64,000 nt of DNA from Chrysomallon squamiferum (Eukaryota > Animalia > Mollusca), in the NCBI GenBank assembly GCA_012295275.1, contig CM022665.1, positions 19,158,001 through 19,222,000 on the forward strand, in the 5' to 3' direction. Both the position numbers and the translations under genes were made by a program. Below are positions 40,040-53,442 of the stretch, piece after piece. The notes under the pieces were generated by a model. The model had not been told where the DNA came from. It was given only the letters and a program-made list of their open reading frames with translations, and ran no database searches. The first letter of the stretch is position 1. Each line of letters begins with the position of its first letter.

Positions 40040-40425
40040 GGATATAAGCCCCCACAGGGCAAAAGCACCCCCCCCAGTCCACAAATGTACAGGTGGAGAA
40101 AAGCCCGCTCAAGGTATGACAAAAGCTTCCCCAGTGAAAAAACAAGGTAAGACAGAACCCCACCTCAGATGAAATGCACAGTAGGACAAAAGCCCCACCC
40201 CAGTAGAGAAAAAGTAACTTTGCAAACAACGACGTTATCAAAATCAGCATAATAATGGCATGACTATTGATTTAATGTGTTTGTTAGATCAACATAATTA
40301 AACACAGTGAAATAACTGTGAATATACAGATTGTATGAAGGATACAATCTGTAGAGAGAATTCATATCAAAGTATTCACAGTCACATGACACGAAATGAG
40401 ATAACATTTTGGGAGTTTTGTCCTC
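40040..40425. mobile_element. Non-autonomous DNA element, copy 2
   Basis: Five degenerate GGACAAAAGCCC units (40045-40205), internal similarity to 11445-11620, inverted GTTTTGTCC at the other end. Confidence 0.6.
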
Positions 40426-41957
40426 AGATTTCTGACATCTATTCAGTTCAAATGATTAATTATTAAATTTTGAAAGTGCTTGACGTATGTTGTTGTCCAT
40501 TATTATGTCCATTAACAAAAAAATGCTGTAAAGATAATTAATAAAGTTGTGGGAAAAGTATCTTGTCAAAGAAAAGAGACATGCTGAATTCACAATGTTA
40601 TAGATTTAAACGCGACTATCGAAATGATCAGTATATTAATACTAACACGCCAACATACTGGAGGAAATAATTTTATACACTATGTAATAATGTTTAACTT
40701 TCATCGAAATCAGCAGTTTTTTCTTTGGTATCCTTCAGATTAAAGAACACTTTTTCATAATGGTACTGTTTCTGATGAATTCATGTTTAAACAATAGTAT
40801 CAAATGATTGTAATTTAATTAAAACGCTGAAATGAGGATGATAGATGCGGACGGGGATACAACTTCAGCGCATCACCTCTGTTAATACTGTTGGCTTTTT
40901 TCGTAATGCAATGAAACGTATTCATATTGAAAAGTGCATTGACCGCGCTTCCTTTATATGAGATAATTTAAATTCATACAATGATACATTTCTATATTTG
41001 TATCCAATTAATCTGACACTAAAACAAACAGTCCCGGTCATTTCATTTATGGTAACATATGCTAAAGCAGTCAGATTCAAACTGACTCCGGCATTTAATA
41101 TGACCAATGATGACTATTGAATTTGGCCGAAAAAAACTAAAACGGTTGACCTACGATTATTTTATCATTACTTCTTCCTTAGTCACAAGACGACGATGGC
41201 AGACAAACGACTTGGCCAGTAATAAACACAGATTTAATGCAAGCTCTACATTTTGATCTTGTTAAGTACTTCTGAGCTGATTAACTCTTTGGTGACAGTG
41301 GAACAGCCTTAGATTAATGGTGTATCCACTTCACGCACGCATTATATTTGCTGTTAATTCCTCAGAATGTTTACATTCTAGTTATTTTAACAGAACTGCG
41401 ACCGCTGCAGACACTGTTTTAAGTAACAGTGCTAAGGGCCGCTAGAGGTGCGCTCTTTCATTTTTTTCAGAAATGGCGAATTCCCAAACTCAAATTTACG
41501 CTAATTTACTGTATGTTTAAAAGCAGAATGAGATCAGATATCAGTTCACTTCGTTTGGGGAATTTCTTATAAAGACATATTTGAAAATAAAATAAAAGGG
41601 AAATAGGATACAGAGTGACAAATGAATCTTAGAAAACAAATCGTTATAAACGAGAAAAAGGCGATTACTCTGAATAAATTATTTAAATGGAACATTCAGA
41701 TATACATTCATACACATATATACACACACAACACACATACATACATATTTTCAATAATATACTGTAGTTCATATCAAATCCAAAAAGCTTTCTAAGGAAT
41801 GACTAATAATACCAAGTATAACACCAGTTTAGAGAAACAGGGGTAATATTTAGGGGCCTTCCCCAAAACACTCTAGAATGAGCTTTCTGGAGGAGTGTTT
41901 GGGTGCTACTACTTTAAACTGTGTCAGTATATTGTTGCGTTATATAAAACCTTTTTT

Positions 41958-41996
<39 letters not shown>

Positions 41997-42937
41997 CTTT
42001 CAAAACCACACTGATTAACAGGTTAGGTAGTAATACGACAGCAAAATCATACACATTTGTCTGTAATAGCTGACATTTTCACATAATTATAATGATTACC
42101 AGTCACTGACATATAAAATAAACTATATATATGTATAAATACAAATGTGATTGTGTTATCATAACTGCATAAGAAGAATAAGCGATAATTATCATTTTCA
42201 GAATATTTTAATAAAGCATTAACTTATTCTTTTGATACTGACTATGGCAGGTGTATCGGTCTGTTGAAATTATCGTTAGTTTACAAGCATGCATAATACT
42301 GCTGAAACATTTTGTGGTACATTAACCTCAGTCAGTCAGCTTGTCTTTGTACACCATTTAGCCTTAACATAATATGCTTTCATTTAGTACTTGGTAAAAG
42401 AGGTTTCGTTTTATTTCTTTTAATAAAAGTAAGTAATGGGTATCTCGTTTATTTGAATAAGTATTTGTACATCTATGACAAAAGGCTTATTCTCTTCAAG
42501 CTGTTTATCTGACTCTGATTTCTCTATGTTACTCTTATATCTGCCTCATTTCACCTGTCTGTATTTCTATATACATTACTGTAGTTTTGTACAAATCCTC
42601 TGAAAGATAACAAAACACCACACACACACACAGAGACGTGATAATGACGCAATTTGTCGATGAAATATTCAAATAAAACTGAGTAATAATCCGGCAAGTT
42701 GACAATTACTGACTCGATTCGAATATAAACACATTAAAAATGGTATCGTTGGACTATTTTCTGTTCATTCCACTGCCCACACAATTGGTTTGTTAAAAGC
42801 ACTGTTGCAAGCTTTCCTCTCTATGTGAAATTGCATAAGAAGGCATTTGCTGCTATTCGATACCATGCATGCACCATGTCAAAGTAATCGCATTTGACTA
42901 AAAGCTAGAAACAGTTAACAATGAAGTGTACTGAGTT

Positions 42938-43097
42938 GTCGTTAAACATTCATTCATGAGAAACACTCAGTATAACGTACTGTTGTCAATAATTTTTGTT
43001 ATTTGCTGGGCTTTCTAAAGTTAGAAATTCAGTTCGATAATTACAGTGATGAGAACAAAAGAACAAAAGCTTTTGTACGTTTGAGATCGTATTGTAC
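42938..43097 (+). repeat. ~160-bp direct repeat, copy A (copy B at 48771-48930)
   Basis: CATTCATTCATGAGAAACACTCAGTAT...CTGGGCTTTCTAAAG...AAAAGCTTTTGTAC shared between the two copies. Confidence 0.9.
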
Positions 43098-45102
43098 ACA
43101 TGAAAATGTATCCTGGAAGTATCAAAATCAACAGAAAAAGGGAAAAAATGTTTGTCTACAAATTTACCAAAGCATTTACGTACACGTATCGTTTACTTTG
43201 TTCATTGTTTTTCCTACTGTGTGAATAACGCATTATCTGTAAACAAATTAAAGCCATCTATAAAACGCTTTTGTTGATATAACTGAGAATTTGTAAAGAG
43301 GATTTTAATAATATACACAAATACCATATACAGAAGAAATTTATAACTAAAAATAGAAATAACCGTATTGCTTTAAACATTTTCAGTAACCAGCTTTTCA
43401 AAATGTCTCAGATGGTCTGTAGGAAAAAAAATTAGTATAGCTGATGGTTAATTTAAAGTCAGCTAAACCTTCTTCAACATAAAATTGGACATATCTCATT
43501 TAAATATTACTTTTTACTAATTCCCATTCCAATCCACTTCTAATTTATCAAAGACTGTTGTATGTGCTTGTCTGTCTATTGGAAGACATGCATTATAAAA
43601 ACCCATCCGGCTGACAAAAAAGAAAAAGAAGTTATCTCTGTAGGGTGTGTGTGTGTGTGGGTGTGTGGATGCGTGCGTGCTGTGGTATGTTCTGCCATAT
43701 AAACGTAGAATAAAAAATATGTTGAGGGCGTCGATAAAATACTTATAAACTGTTTAAAACTAATTTATTAAATTCATGAAATGTTAAAATTAGAAACCTT
43801 GGAGAAACGAGTTTAAAAAAATTCCTTCACGTTTTTAATTTCCGAATCTTGAAGATTTATTGACTGAAATTATAAATTAAATAAACATTATTTGAGTTCA
43901 GTTAATTTATACAGTAAATGATTTACAGGTTACTGAAATAATGATCTTTTATTTTCTGTTTCTATAATGATGGAGATATTGTCATCCACATTTTCTAATT
44001 TGTTAATTAATAATTATATATAAAGTTTTCTAGGAGTTTTCTCCCATCTCCTAACACGCACATTTTATTCTGTCAGACTTTATTTAAATACCTTTTTGAT
44101 CACAGACACGCTCACACACACACACACACGCACACACGTATGACGATTATGCATGTTCATATACATATTCTGAATATAATTCACAAAGCTGTTTAAAGAA
44201 TTACATGCATTTTAAGTAGTTAATAGTAAGATTATCGAAATAAAACCAGAATCAATCATCTGGAAAAATACAAACATGTATAATTTATTGGACGTTAAGT
44301 TTTATATCTTCGGTATTTGTTAACTCTTATTTTGTAATTCTGTATGAACGTTTCAGTTCAAAATTATAGCGAGGACATACTTTTCTAGAACTGTCTATTA
44401 CATTACAGACATCACTTATTTTTATCCATTATTCCTTATACACCAGAATACTGAAGGACTCTTAAATTTGAATTCCGTGAGACTAAGTGCAGTGTATGGA
44501 ACCTATGTTGTGATTGAAATTAATGAATAAAAAGAGTACTTACTGCATGTATCACTGGTGCAGTTGCAATTCTTGTCGCAAAGCGTTTTTGAAAGGACAG
44601 TTTAGTAGGTTTCCTATGCGTGTTATACTGAAATAAAAAAATTGCAATAAAATATACTTAAATGTTTTTAAGTGGAACAATTCATAAAGACAGGAAAGAG
44701 ATATTCATTGTTCCAAACATTTTGCTTTATACTCGGAGTTATGAAAACCGGTTTGAATTTTAAACATCAGAACAATTCTAAGAAAGTAGCATGCTGTGTA
44801 ATTGGGCAGTTATTTTTCTTTAGACGTCAGTAGAGTAATTTTCTCAGCAAATAAAGCTGTTACTGAGAATTTACACACGCACAGTTAAAAGGCTGACAGT
44901 CACTGTAAATACTGTTTATGCGATGGTTTTTCTGTAAACATGCAGTAGAAATTTCTCCTGGATTTAAAAGTCAACAATATTTAAATGTTTTAATAAACTG
45001 AATTTGTTCTTTTGATTGATAGAATTAATATATTTATTTTAGAATATTATTTATTTATTTATTTATTACTGTGTTGTTGTTGTTGTTGTTGTTGTCGTTG
45101 TA

Positions 45103-45165
<63 letters not shown>

Positions 45166-45170
45166 TTAGA

Positions 45171-45527
45171 ATGAATAGCAACATCGTTTTGGGTGTATTG
45201 CTCATCTCCTTCACTCTAGCCTACAGCTTCACCCTGTACGACGCCTGTTTCACCGAATGTCTCATCTGCATACAGACTTGGGGAAAGGACCTCTACAACG
45301 GAGGCAAATGTGCAGCGTCGTGCGAAGAGAGCAAAGGTAGAAGCATGGATCCAAAATGTGTGATGTTTATCAACAACACTAAACGGTCCCGTCAGACAAT
45401 GCTGTCGATTCCAGACTGTGTGAAGACGTGTTCGCGATGCACCAATAAGCAGGGTGGAAAGTCTGTGGATAAGTTAACTTGCTTCTTCATGTGTGCAGTG
45501 AAGCACGAGATTCCAGGTTCTTGTTAA
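45171..45527 (+). CDS. EH: Eclosion hormone-like neuropeptide precursor with two tandem EH-like domains (118 aa)
   Basis: Acceptor ttttag|A then ATG at 45171; signal peptide MNSNIVLGVLLISFTLAYS; domain 1 C-x3-C-x2-C-x13-C-x3-C-x11-C containing YNGGKCAASC..SKG; KR; domain 2 C-x3-C-x2-C-x13-C-x3-C-x9-C; TAA at 45525-45527; AATAAA at 45786-45791. Confidence 0.85.
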   Translation: MNSNIVLGVLLISFTLAYSFTLYDACFTECLICIQTWGKDLYNGGKCAASCEESKGRSMDPKCVMFINNTKRSRQTMLSIPDCVKTCSRCTNKQGGKSVDKLTCFFMCAVKHEIPGSC

Positions 45528-46404
45528 TCAGCGGCTGCGGACAAATTATCTTTATTTTGGTTTATAAGCCAAAACGAAAGTTAAGTTCCTGGATGAGAAA
45601 TTGAACAGCACGAGTAGACTAAATTAAAGAGCTTTACACAGATGAATAGTCGGTATTAGGATATTTAGATCTTTTTTTTTTTTTTTTTTTCAAAAGGAAT
45701 TCCAAAAATTTAGCCAGATCTATTTGAGCAAGATCTGTTTTCAAATGTATCATTTCATTTGTAACAATGTTTGTTTTCGAAATGTAATAAACTTTCACAT
45801 GGCCATTTCAGATTATAGTTACCTAAATTTCACATCCAAAAGACGAAAAAAAAAATCCAAAAACAAAAGGAAGACATTTCTTTTGTTTTCACCTGTAATA
45901 CGTTCCAAAAATACGTTTTTATAAAACGTATCACGTCATTGTTTTATTAAATAATTTCAGTGTAATGTCTCATAGTGAAATTTTATTTGGTTTGTACGCC
46001 TTTATTTGTTATAGAAAAATACTGTGACACATTATCAAAATGTTTATCCAACGCTTTCTCAGCAGTAATTAAATGATCAATTTGTCAAACTGTCACACAT
46101 GATGTCGACTGGCATTTTGCTAATTGTTGTATTGAGTTATGTTTCTTTTGCGTCATCATCATGTACAAGATTGCTTATGAAACTGTAGAAGCAAAACATT
46201 AATTATTTTCTTGTTAAATTATTATTTTTATTGTCATGGATTTTTCATTAAAAGATAACAAACCTATTAACTGACATGAGACACTTTAGTAAATCAGATT
46301 ATGCTATCCTTAAATGTTTAACGTTTGCAAAATCAACATATTTAATTAGTTAATTTACATTATTCAAAATTTTTTCAATTCATTATTTGCATTGCTTTAA
46401 CAAA

Positions 46405-46625
46405 TGCCTGTCAGTTATACAGTCAAGAAACCAATTAACCTGCCAAAAAAAATGAACATAACGATAGCGATACATACACATAACATTTATTTATGCAATG
46501 AATTTCAATAACATATAAAGGGAAGCTAAACATTATCAATTTATCATTAAATATAGATAATTACCTTTTGCCTGTCAGTTATACGGTAAAGGAACCAATT
46601 AAACTGCCTGAAAAATGACAATAAC
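46405..46625 (+). repeat. Local ~57-bp direct duplication
   Basis: TGCCTGTCAGTTATAC.GT.AAG.AACCAATTAA.CTGCC at ~46405 and ~46570. Confidence 0.85.
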
Positions 46626-48770
46626 TCGCTCCCAGTATTCTTCATGATTCTGAATGTGAAATCTACTTTATATATATTTTATAGCTACATGATGAGCAAT
46701 GAACGAAGACCTTCCAGCAATTGATATTATTACTAAAATATTAAAGTAATAATAAATATATAAAAAATAATTAAATACATAAATAAGTAATAATAATAAT
46801 AATAATAAGCAATCAGAAATAAATAACAATAACAGTAATAGAAAGAACCCTGAATATCCCCTGATCGTAGCTGCAAACCTAACCTTAATCTCTAATATTA
46901 AATCCCCTTCCAAGCAACGTTACGAGAAAATAAACACAACAAGAAGAATCTATATAACTAAACTGAACTATGACAGATACGTTATTATCATATCGGTTAT
47001 TTACAATAAAACACATCCAGTGAAAGTTTATTGTTCAATTTTCTCTATTCCTTGCTAGCTGTTTTTTAAGATAATGCCATTACCAGTACACACTGACTCG
47101 ATCCAAAGTTAGAGGGTTAGAAAAATTTGGACATTTTGATGCGGGATGAATGAACGAATATTATTTAAGGACACTGGACGATTATCATTTGGTCTATGGA
47201 TTCTGATGACAAGAGCGAGGAAACCAGCTCTCGCAACTCTGTGAGCAACTGACAGCAAGGACATTTTGTTTTTTACATGAGCCAATCCAGAGACAAGAAA
47301 CCACATACCACTGCCTATGATAAACTATTTGTAATACACATCCAACAAAGCAGTGTTGAGATTTATCTCACGATACATCGCATACGACAGTGGTCAGCGC
47401 ATATAGGTGCAGGGTTTTAAAAATTGGAGGGAAAAAAAATAAAATAAAAAATAAGAGAGACAGAGAAAGAAAAGAAACACAATAAGATTTATGATAACTC
47501 CAAAATAATTGGTAGTTATTTTCCTTTTCCAACATCTTTCATCTTGGTTACAATCCGATTCCAAATGGTGGTTTTATATTCTTCAGTAAACCAATCAATT
47601 CACATTTATTAGAATTTATTGGAAGAATAAAAGTTCTTTGTGTCAGTCCCAAATGAAATGACAACATTAATATTTACAGACTCTACAAACCTGAACAGTA
47701 GCCAGGGGAATTAAATATTTGCGACACAGTGTTACTGACAAATGGGATTAAATGTCACAGCTTGGCGATCTTGAAATTTATAGAGGAGATAATAAGATTA
47801 TCTCCTGTCATTTGTCTGCTTGGCTATTCGAGACTGATGTCACAATTAATTTGTGACTAGACAGGTAGCAATTACTCATACAAAAGACTATTAACAAAGG
47901 CAAAATCATACAGAATCATTTGCCTGTAATTCGAACTTAGCCCATTGTTATGATTTCGAAAGATATTAAACTTAAATAACTGATTCTTTAACAGTCACGA
48001 AAAGTACTATCTTTTTTAAACATTTCTTTGCTATGGTGAAGTATGTTAATTCAAGTCAGTAATACTTTAAACTGTAAGAGAAACGTTTATATAATAAAAC
48101 TGTTATCCATGTTTTTCATTTACGAATTATAAATGCATGCAAAGCAGCCAGTATTGACTTAAAATTAATCCTATTTTCACATATCGATTATTCACTTGCA
48201 GAAAATTAAAGAACGTTATATCAAATTTGGTTAAAAACTTTAAAAAGTAATAATAATAAATAAAGAAATTAAAAAATATATAAATAAAAAATAAAATAAT
48301 AAGTAACTAAAAAATAAGTAACATAATGATTTGTAGGTAAGATGCATCAGTAAAGAACAAAATGTAAGATAACGAAATATAATTTAAGTAAAACTGAAAA
48401 TGAATGATATTTTTATTAAAAATGTTTGCTTTGAAAAAAGCTCTTTTTTTTAACTGATTTTCACATAGGTCGTAATCATTTTTATGACAGTTCTTTATAA
48501 ACATTTACTAGATTCCATGTTATAGCAAACTTTTAATTTAAAAACAAATTAATTTCCATAATTATTTTTTGTTCTGCAGAATATTAATGATTCTCTTTAA
48601 ATGTAATAATAGCATTTCCGAGATTTATCTTGTTAAACGAGAACAGAACCAAAAATAAAAAAATTATAATATACAAGTATATGAATAAACAATAATGAAA
48701 TAAATATATAACAGAAACAATGACAAAAATAGTTCCATCATCTTGTGTCATTACTACTACTACTACTACT

Positions 48771-48930
48771 GTCGTTAATCATTCATTCATGAGAAACACT
48801 CAGTATTACATACTATTGTCAATAATTTTTGTTTATTTCCTGGGCTTTCTAAAGCTGGAAACTCATTTTGATAATTACACTAATGATAACAAAAGAAGAA
48901 AAGCTTTTGTACTTTTGAGATCTATTGTAC
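48771..48930 (+). repeat. ~160-bp direct repeat, copy B
   Basis: Diverged copy of 42938-43097, flanked by (TAC)n and (TAT)n runs. Confidence 0.9.
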
Positions 48931-48956
48931 TATTACTGCTATTACTACTGCTACCA

Positions 48957-49005
<49 letters not shown>

Positions 49006-49015
49006 GTTGTTGTTG

Positions 49016-49079
<64 letters not shown>

Positions 49080-49830
49080 GCTTAATCAGTAACACGTGAA
49101 AAATGAATAATGTCTCTAATCAGAGTTAAAATATTAGACTTCCAGATGTAATGTAAACAGTAACAAATAGTTAAGTGGCTGCAATCGAACATTCAGGTGG
49201 TCATCTAGGATATTCAGTGTTTTCAAACATTCCGAGACAAGAAGCAGCAGACACAACAGCTGTATCCTCGTTACCGATTCCACAGAGACATTCAACAAAT
49301 TAAAATGTGTTTCACAATTTTATCTCTCACAACGTGTTAATGAACTTCATTTTTGTTGAAGCATCTGTGGAGGAAAAGTAAAAACAAAAAGGGAGAATCG
49401 CTTCACCTTCGGGAAATATATTATTCGAGTCTGCAATGAGACTGACTTTACAGTCAAAAATAGATTAAAGCTAATCATGTAAATTCTTGGATGTGCACAA
49501 CCTCTCAGTGTTCATATACGCAATAATCTAAAGCGTTACAAAACATTGGTTCAAGATGTCAAGGTTAGGAATTTTATGTCTGTGGAAAATATAATGATAA
49601 TCGAATAGGACGTATATCTGTTAATATACAAAACAGTTAATTACTACAGTCTTATATTATATATATAAAATATAATAATAATAATAATAATAAATAATAA
49701 TAAATAAATACATTTTTGTATCAGTCATGTAACGGGTTCGTTTCCTTTGCTTCACAGGGATACAACATAAATAATGTGATTATTTTAAATGTCATAATAT
49801 TACATCAAACAGATATACAACACTATAAAG

Positions 49831-49872
<42 letters not shown>

Positions 49873-50149
49873 GCTGCTTTTTTATAAAACGGATTTAAAT
49901 TTAACAAATCTAGAGACGAATTGAAATTAGGTTTATCTTTCATAAAACCCCACCCAAAACAACAGCAACAGCAAATATAAAAAAAAAAAAACAAATAAAA
50001 CAACACAAAAAAACAATATTAATACGAAGAAGAAGAGGAAGAAACTTTTACTGGTTCTTGTCAGACCCTATAAATGCATTACCAACAGACAGAAACATTA
50101 AACAAACAAAACAAACAGACAAACCCCAAAAATTATATCGAAACTGCTC

Positions 50150-50990
50150 TGTGATGTTATAGTTACATTAAACTGATGTCACGTGACAGCAAAAGGTGAG
50201 ATTTGCTGCAAATAATGTCCTAAAACAGACCATTATTTGAGATGTTGGTGGGCATCAAGTATGTTACATACACTAGTTTACAATATCTGAATGATGCAGA
50301 TGACATCATTTTGACGTCAAGTCGACATAACTGGTTTGTGCACAGCTGGTAATCACTGCAGAGAAAAAAAAAAACAAAAAAAAAATTAGATGTTGACACA
50401 TACAATGTTAAATTTCACTATCGTCATTAACATCATCATCCTGATCCACTGAGATGGGATTCTAAGGGTTTATATACGACTCTACCTGACATGGTCCCCA
50501 GGCACGTGGACATCATAATCCATACCCACTACAAGTATAGTGTTGCATAGTGCAGCCTGTAATACAGTTGCAATGCACCACCATCAGCAAATTATCCGGT
50601 GCAGCTTTCTTTGTAAACATGACTGGCCTGAACTGGTTGTTCTCACATTTCTGTCCCATGTCATTTGCATCAAGTACAGTCTCTTTTCATAACCATGTCA
50701 AAATTTGGAAATCATTTCATGGCAGATGTAGATGGAGGAAGTCGTTCCGGAGTCCTTTGATGCACTATAGATAATTTCCAATTCCTTCCAAAATAAGGAT
50801 TGGTGAAATGTTGTGTCTATCTGCAAGATTACAAATGTAAGTCAGCGTAAAGAGGTTGCATCTTGGATCACTGGAATACACACTGATCATTGGTAGGGAA
50901 ATGATGGTAGATTTTTTTTATTTGCAGCAAATCTCGTCTATGACATCATGTGACGTCAGTCTGACGTAATTATGACGCCACAAAGCAATT
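50150..50990 (-). mobile_element. Internally deleted Academ-like DNA transposon with ~65-bp TIRs
   Basis: TIR core GAGATTTGCTGCAAATAA / TTATTTGCAGCAAATCTC; minus strand reads TPERLPPSTSA and KAAPDNLLMVVHCNCITGC...TC..YGL*C....GPCQ (C-terminal Cys-rich domain). Confidence 0.65.
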
Positions 50991-51389
50991 ACCATAGACA
51001 ACTTTTTAAATTCTGTTTTTATCATTATTTTTCATATTCTGACTGACCTTATTAATAATTTTGTGTAATACTTTGTTAAAATTTTCTTACTAGTCTGATT
51101 AATATAAGCTAAAAAAATTCAAAGACTGTTAATAGTTTCATCAAAATGTAAGACATTTGAAGGTCAGTCACTAAATACTTATTAATTGTAGAGTTGTCAG
51201 AAATTAGTCAGTTCCTTAATACAAACGAAAAACAAAGACCCAGACGAAATATTTTTGTACTCATGCATCGATAAATAACTCAAAAAATAAAAAAATAATA
51301 AAATAATAATAATAATTATTATTATTATTATTATTATTATTATTTTATTATTAAATAAATATTAAAGCAATAACATTTGAAATACATTA

Positions 51390-51428
<39 letters not shown>

Positions 51429-51490
51429 CGAAGGGAGATAACTCAAATAAGACAGAAACAGCTGTTGTTGTATTTTTGAGCCCATGATTT

Positions 51491-51660
51491 AGTCGCCGAG
51501 TGACGCATTTTACCGGAAGTATGACTTCTGTTGTTAAGAGGTTTTTCAAGTGTAATCATTTGGACTAAGAGCATCCAACAGCTTTTATAAGATGCATTAT
51601 AATGCACTTTGGCATATTAGTGTGATAACTTTTGTTATTTAAAACGTAATAAGATGGCCA
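51491..51660 (+). promoter_or_regulatory. Putative TATA-less promoter/5' region of FRMD8
   Basis: TGACGCA (51501-51507), ETS-type ACCGGAAGT (51512-51520), YY1-like AAGATGGC overlapping the ATG (51651-51658); CpG retained here and depleted downstream. Confidence 0.5.
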
Positions 51661-51689
51661 GTGTTAGCAATCGATCATCGCTTCAACCG
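51654..51689 (+). CDS. FRMD8: FRMD8 putative coding exon 1 (MASVSNRSSLQP)
   Basis: Good start context aagATGG, donor CCG|gtaagc, phase 0, next to promoter motifs; RSS resembles the vertebrate FRMD8 N-terminus. Confidence 0.6.
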
Positions 51690-51928
51690 GTAAGCAGTAG
51701 TTTCCATAAATATCTGCGTAATAAAATGTGTATTATTACAACCCCAAAACACTCCCACAGGAAGCTCATTCAATGTATCATTGTATGTATGTATGTCTGT
51801 ATGCATGCATATGGGCATATTTATATGTATATATCCATATGTATATGTATATGCATCTTTGTACGTTTGTCTATGGATTTATGTATATGTGTATGTGTGC
51901 ATTAATGTATATGTGTATATGTATGTAC

Positions 51929-51961
<33 letters not shown>

Positions 51962-53442
51962 AATCTTGAATGAGAGCATGTATGTATGTATGTATTTAAG
52001 ATTTAAAAAATGCACTAGCTCCAGATTAAACAAATTATCATTTTCAAAGTTTATTTGAGTTGATTTAATGCGTCGTGTTTAGTTTTAAGGCTAATTAGCT
52101 TGTACTGGGCTCTTTTTTACTACATATTTATTATTTTGCCATCACATTTTAAAAATAGGATCAAGTTCAATATACACTTTATCATATACTGATTTTTGCT
52201 GACTGGGATTGCCTCAGCAAATTTCTGAATTTGTCATTTATTTTGGTTCACACATAAAACAACTGATAATACTTATTTTGAATGGATTACCATAAAAAAA
52301 AAAATTCAAATGGCTAGTTTTGTATAACCAGGCCCAGTAGAAATGTGATGTCTGACACTATATTTAAATAGCGATAACATGAAATACCTGGGTTTTAAGG
52401 TACAGTATAGCAAAGCTTAAATATCAGGAAGTAGAATGACAGTTTGTAATAAATGAATGTATTTAACAAATTAGAGAGGTTTAGCATAGATGTTACTTTG
52501 ACATACTGAAGCCATATTGTCCTATCTTGCGAGAATTCCCTGATACGGATCAAGCCTATGGGTACGTGTTAACGTATAACGAAGCACTTACACATGTGCA
52601 TTTCCATAACAAATTTTTGAAAGATTAGAACATGATTTTCTGTAATTATCTTAGCATGGCTTAGTACTGATTAAATTACATTTTCTTGCATGATTTTCAC
52701 ATAAATGATCACAAAGATAGGCCCCCTCTCCCATTAATAAATCTGTGGTTGTCCCTTCATACCACTGTACTGCAGGCGTAACAAGATTTCAATTTCTGGT
52801 GCTAGATTCAAACTAATATATGCTTGAAAAGTAGTAAATTAACTTTGTGGACCATTATAATACCATACAGTGTTGTTTTGCTTCTTGCCGAGAAATGTAC
52901 AAAAATGTTGGCCATTCCATAGTTCCGTATCTACTTGACAGCTGCAAGATCAACAAAGAACAAAGAAGAGGTATAGCATATATGCAGTGGTATAGGTTTG
53001 TGACAGAAGCCATCTTGACTCCAAAGCGTAAGGTCACCCAATTTTTGTGATGATTTTTGCATTCCTTGAAGGAGATTCCCTTATTTGTGTTTCTGGTTGT
53101 CATTATTTGTAAATATTTTAAAAAAAACCACAAATATCATGAAATAGCATATATATTCAACTTCATCATCATATTCATTTCTTGACAAGTAATCTTTGAT
53201 AAACAACAGAGAATAACAGACAAGTTTACCATTTCAAAATGATCTTTTGTTTTGGGTACCAAAATATGGGGTGTCTCAGCAAATTTCACAGCCATAGTGA
53301 TTGCAGTTTTAGATCTTTTCTTTCTTATACAGATTTTGGTTATGAAGAATTTCTTAGCAAGTTAGAGTTTATGATTCTTTTTTTTTAATTTTTTAGATCT
53401 AAATAATGAAGCTGTAAGGCAAATTAACACTAATTAATGCTA

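Noticed and set aside
40045-40205. Regularly spaced short repeats suggesting a CRISPR array
   Set aside because: Eukaryotic context, degenerate ~12-nt units, no cas genes; they are transposon subterminal repeats.
45012-45170. Poly-Cys/poly-Tyr N-terminal extension of the 171-aa ORF
   Set aside because: Translation of intronic (TGT)n/(TAT)n microsatellite before the splice acceptor; true start is 45171.
52750-53280. Possible piggyBac C-terminal remnant
   Set aside because: Only faint motif resemblance and no clear TIR/TTAA pair; not supportable.
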